Shown here: one piece after another, positions 1 to 10,107 of the stretch | Layout: each line of letters opens with the position of its first letter | How positions within the stretch are numbered: position 1 is the first letter of the stretch | DNA from: Bacillota bacterium | GTDB taxonomy: Bacteria > Bacillota > Clostridia > Peptostreptococcales > Anaerovoracaceae | NCBI GenBank assembly: GCA_017433375.1 | Contig: JAFRHG010000002.1 | Coordinates: 27,361 to 91,360, forward strand | DNA: 64,000 nucleotides | Reading direction: 5' to 3' | The notes under the pieces: model-generated | Seen by the model: only the letters and a program-made list of their open reading frames with translations | Databases searched by the model: none | What the model was told of the DNA's origin: nothing | Made by a program: the position numbers and the translations under genes

Positions 1-320
1 CTGGGCTTGCTGACGTCCATGCTCCAGCATTGGTCATAGGAATAGGCGGGAATGGATTCCGCTTTAAGGACCTCGCTGACCGTATCCTCCCGCAGGGGCG
101 TGGCCAGATCCACCGGCTCCGCCTGGGCGGCGTTCTCCCGGATCTGTGCCTTTTCCGCGCTGATCGCCGAGGCCTGCGCCTGCTGGATGCCGGTCTGCAG
201 GGCATAGTACACCGCGAAGACGCAGGCGGCAGCCAGCGCCACGGTGAGGATGGCGATCCACAGATAGGCTTTGCGGGACCGCGGCTGGGGGGAATAGGTT
301 CTGGGTTCTTGCATATCCAT
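1..320 (-). CDS. Membrane-anchored exported protein, runs off the window edge (partial)
   Basis: Manual translation from ATG at 320: MDMQEPRTYSPQPRSRKAYLWIAILTVALAAACVFAVYYAL...SYDQCWSMDVSKP. One N-terminal TM helix; frame open to position 1; not in the ORF track. Confidence 0.7.
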   Translation of the reverse strand, partial: MDMQEPRTYSPQPRSRKAYLWIAILTVALAAACVFAVYYALQTGIQQAQASAISAEKAQIRENAAQAEPVDLATPLREDTVSEVLKAESIPAYSYDQCWSMDVSKP

Positions 321-358
321 GACCACATTATAAAAGAAAAACGGGTGAAACACAACGT

Positions 359-988
359 ATGGCGGGACTGATCAAAACCATAACCGCGATTGTGGTGGCG
401 GTATTTCTGCAGGCGGGCATGAACGGGGCGACGGACGTTTCCCCCGCCCAGGAGGCGGACGCCTTCATGAAGGGCATGACCACCCTGCAGAAGGAAACCG
501 TGGATCTGTACATGGGCAACGACATCGTCAACTTCCTGGTGAATGTGGAAGGGGACGAGAAGGACGTGAAGCGCATGCAGGAAGCCCTGTTCCGCAACTT
601 CACCTATGAGATCGTCGCCGATGAGGAACGGAACGGCCTGGCGGTGGTGAAGATCTCCATCAAAGGCAACGACTTCAGCAAGGTGCTGAAGAAATACGAA
701 AAGGAATCCTACAAGTACGTCACCGAAAACCTCTATGACGAGGACATTACCGACAAGAAGAAGCTCAACAATAAGTGCATGAGCATATACGTGGACCAGA
801 TCGAGAAGACCGCCAAAAACGGAAAGCTCAAAGAGGACACCATCTACCTTCCCATGGAGGATGACGGCCACAACCAGTGGAACGTCCTGCTCAACGACGA
901 GGTGATGACCGCCATCATCGGCCACCTGTCCCTGCCGGACGGGGTGGTGGATAGCGGAGAGGACGGCGAGGAGAAGGAAAAGCAATGA
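359..988 (+). CDS. Hypothetical exported protein
   Basis: 209 aa with an N-terminal hydrophobic signal and host-like codon usage; stop overlaps the sbcD start (ATGA). Confidence 0.75.
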   Translation: MAGLIKTITAIVVAVFLQAGMNGATDVSPAQEADAFMKGMTTLQKETVDLYMGNDIVNFLVNVEGDEKDVKRMQEALFRNFTYEIVADEERNGLAVVKISIKGNDFSKVLKKYEKESYKYVTENLYDEDITDKKKLNNKCMSIYVDQIEKTAKNGKLKEDTIYLPMEDDGHNQWNVLLNDEVMTAIIGHLSLPDGVVDSGEDGEEKEKQ

Positions 989-2136
989 AACTGATGCATC
1001 TATCCGATCTGCATATCGGCCGGCGTTTCGCCGGGGTGTCGCTGATTGACGATCAGCGGCACATTCTTTCTCAGGCCCTTTCCGCTGCGGAGCGGGAAAA
1101 GCCCGATGCCGTCCTGCTGGCCGGGGACATCTACGACAAGCCGGTGCCCTCAGCGGAGGCCGTCAGCCTCCTCGATGATTTCCTGACCCGGCTGTCCGCC
1201 CTGTGCCCCCGCGTGTTCGTGATCAGCGGCAACCATGACAGCGCCGAGCGGATCGCCTTCGGGGGACGGCTTCTGGACCGGAGCGGCGTCTACGTCAGCC
1301 CGGTCTACGATGGGAAGCTGCGCCGGGAAACGGTGGAGGATGAGTTCGGACCTGTGGAGATCTGGATGCTGCCCTTCATCAAGGCGGCCCATGTGCGTTC
1401 CATCGATGAGACGGTGGAGGCCGACGACATCACCGGCGCCGTCCGGAAGGCCCTGGAGATGGCGGAGGATCCGGCGGATCCCTCCGGGAGGACACGCCGG
1501 GTGCTGATCGCCCACCAGTATGTGACCGGCGCGGAGCGCAGCGAATCGGAAGAGACGCCCATCGGCGGGCTGGACGGCGTGGAAAGCACGGTCTTTGACG
1601 GCTTCGACTACGTGGCCCTGGGCCACCTGCACCGGCGGCAGCGGGCAGGCAGCGACCGCATCCATTACAGTGGTTCGCCCATCGCCTACTCCTTTGCCGA
1701 GGCGGGAGACCGCAAGTGCCTGCTCATGGTGGAGATCGACGGCGAGGGGAATGCCCGGGTGAGGGAAGAGCCCCTGTTGCCTTTGCATGAGATGCGGATC
1801 CTGCAGGGGTCCTTTGACGAGCTGATGAGCGCGGCTCACGGAGAGGAGGCCCGGCAGCGGGAGGCCTACATCCGGGCGGAACTGTCCGATGAGGAGTACA
1901 TTCCCGACGGGATCCAGCGGCTGCGGACCGTCTATCCCAACATTCTGGAACTGAGCTATCCCCGGATCGCCGCGGCGGCAGCGGCGGGTCCGGAAGAAGG
2001 GGAGGCGGCGGCCTTCTCTTCGCCCATCGAATACGTGGAAGAGTTCTTCCGTACCATGCGGGGAAGGGAGATGACCGGAGCCCAGCGGGAGCTCACCCGG
2101 GAAGCCATCCGGCAGATCTGGGAGGAAGAGGCATGA
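985..2136 (+). CDS. sbcD: Exonuclease SbcCD subunit D (Mre11 family)
   Basis: Metallophosphoesterase motifs SDLHIG, AGDIYD, GNHDS and ALGHLH; coupled to sbcC. Confidence 0.95.
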   Translation: MKLMHLSDLHIGRRFAGVSLIDDQRHILSQALSAAEREKPDAVLLAGDIYDKPVPSAEAVSLLDDFLTRLSALCPRVFVISGNHDSAERIAFGGRLLDRSGVYVSPVYDGKLRRETVEDEFGPVEIWMLPFIKAAHVRSIDETVEADDITGAVRKALEMAEDPADPSGRTRRVLIAHQYVTGAERSESEETPIGGLDGVESTVFDGFDYVALGHLHRRQRAGSDRIHYSGSPIAYSFAEAGDRKCLLMVEIDGEGNARVREEPLLPLHEMRILQGSFDELMSAAHGEEARQREAYIRAELSDEEYIPDGIQRLRTVYPNILELSYPRIAAAAAAGPEEGEAAAFSSPIEYVEEFFRTMRGREMTGAQRELTREAIRQIWEEEA

Positions 2137-4943
2137 GACCGAAACAGCTGAATCTGACCGCCTTCGGCCCCTATGCCGGAAGGACGGAACTGAATATGGA
2201 CAGCCTGGGCGAAGCGGGGATCTACCTGATCACCGGTGACACGGGAGCAGGCAAGACCACCATCTTCGACGGCATCACCTATGCCCTGTACGGGGAGACC
2301 AGCGGAGGCATCCGCAAGGCCGACATGATGCGCTGCACCTACGCGGAGGAGGACCTGCCCACGGAGGTGGAGCTCGTCTTTGCCTACGGCGGGGAGGAGT
2401 ACCGGATCCGGCGCAGGCCCGCCTATGAACGGCGGAAGAAGAAGGGCGAGGGGATGACCAAGTCCCCGGCGGTCTGCGAGATGACCCTGCCCGACGGAAA
2501 GGTGCTGACCAAAGAGCGGGAAGTCGGCGCCGCGGTCCTGGAACTTCTGGGCGTGAACATGGCCCAGTTTACCCAGATCGCCATGATCGCCCAGGGGGAT
2601 TTCCGCAAGCTGATCCTGGCCGACACCAAAGAGCGGATCGGCATCTTCCGCCACATCTTCCAGACGGAACGGTATCAGCAGCTGCAGGAGAGGATCCGGG
2701 AGGAAGCCCGGCAGCTGGGCCGCCAGCGGGAGGATCGCCGGCAGCGGATCGACACCCTGGTGAAGGGTCTGGAGAGGGAGCCGGCACAGGCCGGCGGAGA
2801 TTCCGGTGCCGGTGAAGGAACGGCTGCGGAGACCGGCGAAGAGACTCGGTCCGAGGAGTGTGCCGCCGATGACAGCCGGCTGATGGAGCGGATCCAGGTC
2901 CTCCTCGATGGGGACCGGCGGAAACAGGAAGAACTGGACGGCCAGCTCGACCGGTTCACCAGGGAAGGGGAGGAGCTGCAAAGGCAACTGACCGAGGGTG
3001 AGGCCACCGAAGAAATCCTCGCCCGGAAGGAGGCCTCCCGGAAAGAGCTGGATGAGCTGGCGGAAACCATCAAGACCGCCGAGACCCAGCTGGCCCAGGC
3101 CCAGGAGAAACAGCCCGAGGCCGCGGCGCTGCTGGAGGAAGCGGCGGCCATCGAGGGCCGTCTGGCGGAATACGATGAAGCGGAACAGCTGCGTGCCCAG
3201 AGGGACCAGCTGAGCAAAGATCTGGCCGGGCAGAAAGAGACTGCCGGCAAGGCCGCCGCCCGGCAGGAGGAACTGCAGCGGACGGTGGACAAAGAGCGGC
3301 GAGCCCTGGAGGAGCTGGCAGCAGCCGGCGGGCAGTTGGAGCGGCTGCGGGGAGAGCTGCAGGCGCAAACCGTGAAAAATCAAGGGCTCTCGGCCCTCGC
3401 ATCGTCTATTGACGATGCAATTTCTTCGGAAAAAGAGTGGGAAAAGGAGAAGGAAAACTACCGCCATCTGGCCGATGCCGCTGAGGCGGCGGAACGGGAA
3501 CTGCAGGTGCTGCGGCGGGGCTTTCTGGATGCCCAGGCCGGAGTGCTGGCAGCTCAGCTGACCCCCGGCGAGCCCTGTCCCGTCTGCGGATCCACGGAGC
3601 ATCCCCGGCCGGCGAAGCTGTCCGATGAGGTACCGGACCGGGAAGGGGTGGATCAGGCGGAAGCCTCCGCGAAGACCGCCCGGGAAAAGGCGGAGAAGAA
3701 AAGCCGGACCTGCGCCTCCCTGCAGGCGGCCCAGAAGACCCTGCGCCAGGAGATCGGCCGCAGGGCGGGTGAACTGCTGGAGGATGTTCCCGAAGGGGAA
3801 TCCCTGGAGGCCGTGAAGGAGAAGGCCCAGGAGGCGGCACGGCTGCTCCGGGAAACGCAAGACCGGCTGAAGAAACAGATCCAGACGGAAGAAGACCGTC
3901 TCACTGAGAAGGATCGGCTGGAGAAACAGTTGCCTTTGGATAAACAGGCCCTGGAAGAGGCGGACCGGAAACAGCAGGAGGCGGGGAAGACCTGCGCCTC
4001 CCTGGAGGCGTCCCTGGAGGAAAAGGAAAAGACCCTGCAGATCCGGCTGGCCCAGCTGACCCATCCTTCCCGGGAAGCGGCGGAGGAAGCGGCGGCGAAA
4101 CTTCGGGAAAAGAGCAGACAGCTGAACGAGGATCTGGAGAAGGCCACCCGGGAACACAGCCGCTGCCAGCAGGAGAAGGAGCGTCTGACGGAACGCATCC
4201 GCGTGGCGGAAGAACAGCTTGCCGGGGCAAAGTCCGCGGATCTTGCCGCCCTGCGGCAGAAGCGGGACGAGGTCCAGAGGCAGGAGAAGGACCTGCGCGC
4301 GCAGCGGCAGCGGATCGCCTCCCGGCTTCACACCAATGAGCGAAACGCGGCTCGGATCGGGGAGGAGCTTGCCGCCATGGAGGCGGAGGAGGAGAGCTAT
4401 ACCCAGATCCGCGGACTGGCGGAGACCCTGGGGGGAACTCTTTCGGGCAGCGACCGGATCATGCTGGAGACCTTCGTGCAGATGCAGTACTTTGACCGCA
4501 TCGTGGAGCGGGCCAACACCCGGCTGCTGGTGATGACCGGAGGGCGCTACCGGATGAAGCGGCGCCGGACGCCGGCGGGACGCAGGGGACAGAGCGGCCT
4601 GGAGCTGAACGTCATCGATTACCATAACGGAACGGAGCGGGATATCCGGACCCTGTCCGGCGGGGAATCCTTCCAGGCGTCCCTGGCTTTGGCCCTTGGC
4701 CTTTCCGACGAGGTGCAGTCCAGCGCCGGGGGGATCCGGCTGGACACCCTCTTCGTCGATGAGGGATTCGGGTCCCTGGATCCGGAGACCCTGGAGAAGG
4801 CCATGGATGCCCTGCGGGGCCTCAGCGAGAACCGCCGCCTGGTGGGCGTGATCTCCCATGTGGAGGAGATGAAGAGCCGGATCGACCGGCAGATCCGGGT
4901 GACGAAGAAGGCCGACGGCACCAGCGAGGCGAAGATCGTCTGA
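2133..4943 (+). CDS. sbcC: SbcC/Rad50 SMC-family ATPase
   Basis: Walker A GDTGAGKT, long coiled coil, zinc hook CPVC, signature LSGGE, Walker B LFVDEGFGSLD. Confidence 0.95.
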   Translation: MRPKQLNLTAFGPYAGRTELNMDSLGEAGIYLITGDTGAGKTTIFDGITYALYGETSGGIRKADMMRCTYAEEDLPTEVELVFAYGGEEYRIRRRPAYERRKKKGEGMTKSPAVCEMTLPDGKVLTKEREVGAAVLELLGVNMAQFTQIAMIAQGDFRKLILADTKERIGIFRHIFQTERYQQLQERIREEARQLGRQREDRRQRIDTLVKGLEREPAQAGGDSGAGEGTAAETGEETRSEECAADDSRLMERIQVLLDGDRRKQEELDGQLDRFTREGEELQRQLTEGEATEEILARKEASRKELDELAETIKTAETQLAQAQEKQPEAAALLEEAAAIEGRLAEYDEAEQLRAQRDQLSKDLAGQKETAGKAAARQEELQRTVDKERRALEELAAAGGQLERLRGELQAQTVKNQGLSALASSIDDAISSEKEWEKEKENYRHLADAAEAAERELQVLRRGFLDAQAGVLAAQLTPGEPCPVCGSTEHPRPAKLSDEVPDREGVDQAEASAKTAREKAEKKSRTCASLQAAQKTLRQEIGRRAGELLEDVPEGESLEAVKEKAQEAARLLRETQDRLKKQIQTEEDRLTEKDRLEKQLPLDKQALEEADRKQQEAGKTCASLEASLEEKEKTLQIRLAQLTHPSREAAEEAAAKLREKSRQLNEDLEKATREHSRCQQEKERLTERIRVAEEQLAGAKSADLAALRQKRDEVQRQEKDLRAQRQRIASRLHTNERNAARIGEELAAMEAEEESYTQIRGLAETLGGTLSGSDRIMLETFVQMQYFDRIVERANTRLLVMTGGRYRMKRRRTPAGRRGQSGLELNVIDYHNGTERDIRTLSGGESFQASLALALGLSDEVQSSAGGIRLDTLFVDEGFGSLDPETLEKAMDALRGLSENRRLVGVISHVEEMKSRIDRQIRVTKKADGTSEAKIV

Positions 4944-5071
4944 CCGGCCGCAGGCAGGTGTCCGCGGGCAGAGAAGACCCGGCGGGACGGGCCCGCGGGC
5001 CAGCACAATAGAGAACCGTATCGGCGGCCGGGAGCCGCCGCACAATAATAAACAGGAAAGTCGAGGTTGCT

Positions 5072-6700
5072 ATGTTAAGAGAAAACCGAATCTGGATGGG
5101 CAACAATGAAGCGGGTGAACCGGTTTATATCGTGCCGAAGATGGTCAACCGCCACGGGCTGGTGGCCGGCGCCACGGGAACCGGCAAGACCGTAACCCTG
5201 AAGGTCATGGCCGAAACCCTGAGCGACATGGGTGTTCCGGTATTCATGGCAGACGTCAAAGGAGACATCGCCGGCATGATGGAGCCGGGCGAGGATAACG
5301 GAAACATGCAGGAGAGGATCCGCCGGTTCGGTCTGGCGGAACACGGATTCCAGTACCAGGGATATCCGGTCAGCCTCTGGGATATCTACGGCAGCCGGGG
5401 CGTCCAGCTGAGGACGACCGTTTCCGAAATGGGACCCCTGCTTCTGGGACGGATCCTGGACCTGAACGATCTGCAGAGCGACATTCTGACCATCGTGTTC
5501 AAGATCGCCGATGACCAGAACCTTCTGCTCATCGACACCAAGGACTTGAAGTCCATGCTGGCCTGGGTGGACGAGCACGCGGCGGAGTTCCAGACGGAGT
5601 ACGGCAAGATCAGCAGCGCATCCATCGGGGTGATCACCCGGGCGGTGGTCGCTTTGGAGAGCGCCGGCGGCGACAGGTTCTTCGGCGAGCCGGCCCTGGC
5701 CATCACCGACTGGATGAACCAGGAAAACGGCAAGGGTGTCATCAACATTCTGGACAGCACCAGCCTGATCAACAACGGGAAGCTGTATTCCACCTTCCTT
5801 CTCTGGCTCCTGTCGGAACTCTTTGAGACCATGCCGGAAGTGGGGGATCTGGATCAGCCGAAGATGGTCTTCATCTTTGACGAGGCCCACCTCCTGTTCA
5901 ACGACGCACCGAAAGCTCTTCTGGAGAAGATCGAGCAGGTGGTCAAGCTGATCCGCTCCAAGGGTGTGGGCGTATGGTTCTGCACCCAGAATCCCCGGGA
6001 CATTCCCGACGGCGTTCTGGCCCAGCTGAACAACCGGATCCAGCATGGCCTGCGGGCGTACACCCCGGCGGAGCAGAAGTCCGTCAAGGCCGCGGCGGAA
6101 TCCTTCCGGGAGAACCCAGCCTTTGATACCTATGACACGATCCTGAATCTGGGCACCGGGGAAGCAGTGGTTTCCTTCCTGGGCGAGGACGGCATTCCCA
6201 CCGTGGCGGAGAAGGCCTTCATCCTGCCGCCGAGAAGCCGGATGGGAACCATCAGCGACGAGCAGCGCGACCAGAAGGTGAAGTCCGGACTGCTCTACAG
6301 CAAGTACGCGGAAGCGGTGGATCCGGATTCCGCCTACGAAGTGCTCCAGCGAAAGGGCGTGGAGGCCCAGGCTGAAGCGGAGGCCCTGGCGGCCCAGGAG
6401 CAGGCGGCCAAAGAGGCGGAAAAGGCGGAGAAGGAAGCGGCCAAGGCTGCGGAGAAGGAAGCAAAAGAGGCCGCCAAGGCAGCGGAGAAGGCCGAGAAGG
6501 AAGCGGCCAAAGCTGCCGAAAAAGAGGAGAAAGCCCGCAGACAGGAAATCAAGAAGGTGGGCAACTCCGTCGTCGGCACCGTCGGCCGGGAGGTCGGCAA
6601 AACGGTGGGCGGCAAGTTCGGCAAGTTCGGCAAGACCCTGGGCGGAAACCTTGGCTCCCAGCTTGGCCGGGGAATCCTGAGCACACTGATCAAGAAATAG
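5072..6700 (+). CDS. DUF853/YjgR HerA-like P-loop ATPase
   Basis: NRHGLVAGATGTGKTVTL, FIFDEAHLLF, LIRSKGVG, TQNP motifs; C-terminal EAAKAAEK repeats. Confidence 0.9.
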   Translation: MLRENRIWMGNNEAGEPVYIVPKMVNRHGLVAGATGTGKTVTLKVMAETLSDMGVPVFMADVKGDIAGMMEPGEDNGNMQERIRRFGLAEHGFQYQGYPVSLWDIYGSRGVQLRTTVSEMGPLLLGRILDLNDLQSDILTIVFKIADDQNLLLIDTKDLKSMLAWVDEHAAEFQTEYGKISSASIGVITRAVVALESAGGDRFFGEPALAITDWMNQENGKGVINILDSTSLINNGKLYSTFLLWLLSELFETMPEVGDLDQPKMVFIFDEAHLLFNDAPKALLEKIEQVVKLIRSKGVGVWFCTQNPRDIPDGVLAQLNNRIQHGLRAYTPAEQKSVKAAAESFRENPAFDTYDTILNLGTGEAVVSFLGEDGIPTVAEKAFILPPRSRMGTISDEQRDQKVKSGLLYSKYAEAVDPDSAYEVLQRKGVEAQAEAEALAAQEQAAKEAEKAEKEAAKAAEKEAKEAAKAAEKAEKEAAKAAEKEEKARRQEIKKVGNSVVGTVGREVGKTVGGKFGKFGKTLGGNLGSQLGRGILSTLIKK

Positions 6701-6804
6701 AAGGGCGGTATCCGCCCTGAGAAGGGGAAGAAGGGGAAATCAACCGCAGACACTACAAGGAAAAGCAGCAAAGAGAAGCGTAAACGCGGAGAGGAGAATG
6801 CATT

Positions 6805-7116
6805 ATGGCAGAACTGACATTAACCAAAGACAATTTTGAACAGGAAGTCCTGAACTCGGACATCCCCGTACTGGTGGATTTCTGGGCCGTATGGTGCGGA
6901 CCCTGCCAGATGGTGGGCCCCATCGTCGCCGAACTGGCGGAAGAATATGCCGGCAAGGTAAAGGTCGGCAAAGTGAACGTGGATGAGCAGCCGGAACTGG
7001 CCATGAAGTACGGCATCATGAGCATCCCGACCATGATTCTGTTCAAGGGAGGCGAAGTGGACAACCAGATCGTAGGCGCCCTGCCGAAGGAAAGCATCGA
7101 GGCGATACTGAAGTAG
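6805..7116 (+). CDS. trxA: Thioredoxin
   Basis: [11 protein letters not shown] active site, 103 aa. Confidence 0.95.
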   Translation: MAELTLTKDNFEQEVLNSDIPVLVDFWAVWCGPCQMVGPIVAELAEEYAGKVKVGKVNVDEQPELAMKYGIMSIPTMILFKGGEVDNQIVGALPKESIEAILK

Positions 7117-7124
7117 GCTCTGCT

Positions 7125-7163
7125 CCCGGCCTGAAGCAGGTCTTGCGCCCGGCCTGAAGCAGG
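7125..7163. repeat. 16-bp direct repeat between convergent trxA and malic enzyme
   Basis: CCCGGCCTGAAGCAGG at 7125-7140 and 7148-7163; each contains the small palindrome CCTG-AAG-CAGG. Confidence 0.7.
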
Positions 7164-7181
7164 CGCTTTATCCAGCGCGGG

Positions 7182-8369
7182 CTACTCCGTTCCCGGCGCC
7201 CTGGCGACGCCGCTGCGGATGGCCGCTTCGGAAACGGCGGCCGCCACGGTCTCCCCGACCCGGGGATCAAAGGGCTTGGGGATGATGTAGTCCGCGGAGA
7301 GCTCTTCCTCGGAGATCAGTCCGGCCAGAGCACGGGCCGCCGCCAGTTTCATCTCGTCATTGATGTCGCTGGCGTGCACATCGAAAGTTCCCCGGAAGAT
7401 CCCGGGAAAGGCAACCACATTATTGATCTGATTAGGATAGTCGGACCGCCCCGTGGATACCACGGCGGCGCCGGCTTCCTTTGCTTCTTCCGGGAAAATC
7501 TCCGGCGTGGGATTGGCGCAGGCGAAGATGATGGGATCCCGGTTCATGGACCGGACCATGTCTCCGGTCAGAAGTCCCGGCGCAGAAACGCCGATGAACA
7601 CGTCCGCGCCTTTGAGGGCGTCGGCCAGGCTTCCTTTCAGCATTTCCCGGTTGGTCACGGCGGCCATCTCTTCTTTGATCCAGTTCATGCCCGCCCGCCG
7701 GCCTTCATAGATGATGCCCCTGCGGTCGGTCATGATGATGTCTTTGAAACCGGCAGAGAGGAGGATCTTCGTGATGGCGACGGCGGCCGCGCCGGCGCCG
7801 GAGGTGACGATGCGGATCTGATCCCGCTCCTTGCCGACCACCTTCAGGGCGTTCACCAGCCCGGCCAGGGTGATCACCGCCGTGCCGTGCTGATCGTCGT
7901 GAAAGATGGGGATGTCGCAGCGCTCTTTCAGCTTCCGCTCGATCTCAAAGCAGCGGGGCGCACTGATGTCCTCCAGATTGATCCCGCCGAAGGATCCGGA
8001 GATCTGATAGACCGTCTCCACGATGGTGTCCACATCCTGGGACTTCACGCAGATGGGAAAGGCGTCTACATCGCCGAAAGCCTTGAAGAGCACGCACTTG
8101 CCCTCCATGACCGGCATGCCCGCCTCGGGTCCGATGTTGCCCAGGCCCAGAACGGCGGAACCATCGGTGACCACCGCGCACATGTTGTGCCTTCGGGTCA
8201 AAGAATAGCTTTTGGCCGGGTCCTTCTGCACTTCCAGGCAGGGCCGGGCCACGCCCGGGGTATAGGCGATGGACAGGTCTTCTTCGTTGCGCACGGGGAC
8301 GGTGGAAATGACTTCGATCTTGCCCTTCCATTCTTCGTGCAGTTTCAGTGATTTTTCTCCGTAATCCAT
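7182..8369 (-). CDS. NAD(P)-dependent malic enzyme (short form)
   Basis: AYTPGVA, PVMEGK, INLEDI, FHDDQHGTA, GAGAAA, TGRSDYPNQINN motifs. Confidence 0.95.
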   Translation of the reverse strand: MDYGEKSLKLHEEWKGKIEVISTVPVRNEEDLSIAYTPGVARPCLEVQKDPAKSYSLTRRHNMCAVVTDGSAVLGLGNIGPEAGMPVMEGKCVLFKAFGDVDAFPICVKSQDVDTIVETVYQISGSFGGINLEDISAPRCFEIERKLKERCDIPIFHDDQHGTAVITLAGLVNALKVVGKERDQIRIVTSGAGAAAVAITKILLSAGFKDIIMTDRRGIIYEGRRAGMNWIKEEMAAVTNREMLKGSLADALKGADVFIGVSAPGLLTGDMVRSMNRDPIIFACANPTPEIFPEEAKEAGAAVVSTGRSDYPNQINNVVAFPGIFRGTFDVHASDINDEMKLAAARALAGLISEEELSADYIIPKPFDPRVGETVAAAVSEAAIRSGVARAPGTE

Positions 8370-8381
8370 AATTCCTCTCGA

Positions 8382-8504
8382 GTTGTTTTCCTTGCGCCAA
8401 CGGCGTTACCAATAATGACTCATTATAATTCCCGAGCAGAGCCGAGGGAATTTCAATGTTGTCTACCTTGCGGCGAAGCCGTTACCAATAATGACAACAT
8501 TATA
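8382..8504 (-). promoter_or_regulatory. Tandem duplicated ~46-nt element upstream of malic enzyme (candidate cis-regulatory RNA or duplicated promoter)
   Basis: Two copies (8458-8504, 8382-8427); minus-strand consensus TATAATG-N2/3-TCATTATTGGTAA-CGSC-NNN-GSCG-CAAGG-NANACAAC. Confidence 0.65.
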
Positions 8505-8566
8505 CAACCGGTTGCGTTGCCTTTGCAAACCATGTTAGAATGTTTTCCGCAGGAGGAGAGCAGCCC

Positions 8567-9334
8567 ATGAGTTATCGCGTCCGGCTGAACGTCTTTGAAG
8601 GACCTTTTGATCTTCTCGTGTACCTGATCGAGCATGCCCAGATGAGCATTTACGACATCAGGATCGCGGAGATCACCGACCAGTATGTGAAGTATATCAG
8701 CGCCATGCAGGAGGCGGACATCAACGTGTCCTCCGAGTTTATGGTGCTTGCGGCGGAGTTGCTGGAGATCAAGTCCAAGATGCTTCTGCCCCGGACGACC
8801 ATCGACGAAAACGGCACGGAAGTGCTGGACGACCCCCGCACAGAGCTGGTGGAACGGCTGCGGGAATACAAGCTGTTCAAGACCATTTCCGAGATGCTGG
8901 AGGAGCGCTTCGAGGAGAACCGGACGAAGCTGGAGCGGCCCCAGGAGGACCTGTCCGCCTTCACCGGCGAGCCGGATGAGTACCTGTCCCTGGACATGGA
9001 TCAGTTCCGGACGGCCTTCGAGATCTTCCTGCAGCGGAAGAAGAACCTGGAGGAGATCCGGGCCCACCACATCCGGACGGAAAAGCAGCGGATCACCACG
9101 GAGGTCCGCATGGAAAACATCCGGGAGTTCTTCCAGTCCCACAAGCTGAAGGAGGCGGACTTCCGCGAGCTGATTCCCAATAAGAAAGACCGCTACGACG
9201 TGTCGGTGACCTTCGCTTCGGTTCTGGAGATGATGAAGGAGAACCGGCTGGACGCCAGGCAGAAGAAGCTCTTCGGAGACATTATCGTAAAGGCAACGGA
9301 CCGGCTGTTCGAACAGCCTCCGGTACAGGAGTAA
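8567..9334 (+). CDS. scpA: Segregation and condensation protein A
   Basis: FEGPFDLLVYLI, LLEIKSKMLLP, DPRTELVERLREY; start at 8567 follows an AGGAGG SD. Confidence 0.93.
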   Translation: MSYRVRLNVFEGPFDLLVYLIEHAQMSIYDIRIAEITDQYVKYISAMQEADINVSSEFMVLAAELLEIKSKMLLPRTTIDENGTEVLDDPRTELVERLREYKLFKTISEMLEERFEENRTKLERPQEDLSAFTGEPDEYLSLDMDQFRTAFEIFLQRKKNLEEIRAHHIRTEKQRITTEVRMENIREFFQSHKLKEADFRELIPNKKDRYDVSVTFASVLEMMKENRLDARQKKLFGDIIVKATDRLFEQPPVQE

Positions 9335-9336
9335 CC

Positions 9337-10107
9337 ATGTCAAGCAGAAAAACCATCAAATCGGCCATCGAATCCATGATGCTTATCTGGGGTGAACCCC
9401 TGGCGGCAAAGGACATCGCCGACATTTTCAATATCGAGAAGAAGGAAGCCTACGCCTGCTGCCGGGAGCTGATGGAGGAATACGAGCAGGAGGGCAGGGG
9501 CATCGTCATCCGCGAGGTCAACAAGGCCTTTCAGTTTACGACCCGCCCGGAGAACCTGCCCTACATCGAGCGGCTCTGCACGCCGGTGCGCCGGCGGCGG
9601 CTGTCCCAGTCCGCCCTGGAGACCCTGGCCATCGTCGCCTACCGCCAGCCGGTAACCAAAGGCGAGATCGAGGCGATCCGCGGGATCCGCTGCGACCGGG
9701 TCATGGAAGGCCTGGTGAAGAAGGGTCTGGTCCGGGATGTGGGCCGTTCCGACGCGGTGGGCCGGCCAATCCTCTACGGGACCACCGATGAATTCCTGAA
9801 GCAGTTCGGCTTCGAGACCATCCGGGAACTGCCGGACATCCGGGACATCGAAGGACTGCTTGACGAGGAAGGACCGGAAGGGGAGATCGACGGTATTTTG
9901 GCGCAGCAGATTTCCCTGGAGGAACTGGCCGGCGCCGGGAAGGCGGAGGATGCGCCCTCATCTGACGGTGAGGAACCGGCAGAAGGCGGCGAAGAATCGG
10001 CAGAAGAGGCAGCACCCGAAGAACCGGCATCCGAAGAGGCGCCGGCCGAACCGGCCGAACCTGACGAACCGGCCGAAGAGACTGCCGAACCTACGGCTGA
10101 GAATTAA
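9337..10107 (+). CDS. scpB: Segregation and condensation protein B with acidic C-terminal tail
   Basis: LSQSALETLAIVAYRQPVTK, GRPILYGTTDEFL. Confidence 0.95.
   Translation: MSSRKTIKSAIESMMLIWGEPLAAKDIADIFNIEKKEAYACCRELMEEYEQEGRGIVIREVNKAFQFTTRPENLPYIERLCTPVRRRRLSQSALETLAIVAYRQPVTKGEIEAIRGIRCDRVMEGLVKKGLVRDVGRSDAVGRPILYGTTDEFLKQFGFETIRELPDIRDIEGLLDEEGPEGEIDGILAQQISLEELAGAGKAEDAPSSDGEEPAEGGEESAEEAAPEEPASEEAPAEPAEPDEPAEETAEPTAEN

Noticed and set aside
1956-5045. 1029-aa minus-strand ORF antisense to sbcC, and similar long shadow ORFs (14992-17295, 20614-23076, 39670-42090, 49937-52942, 54977-56563, 61273-62931)
   Set aside because: They mirror well-identified genes on the opposite strand, have no recognisable motifs, and are expected from GC-rich codon bias that removes antisense stops.
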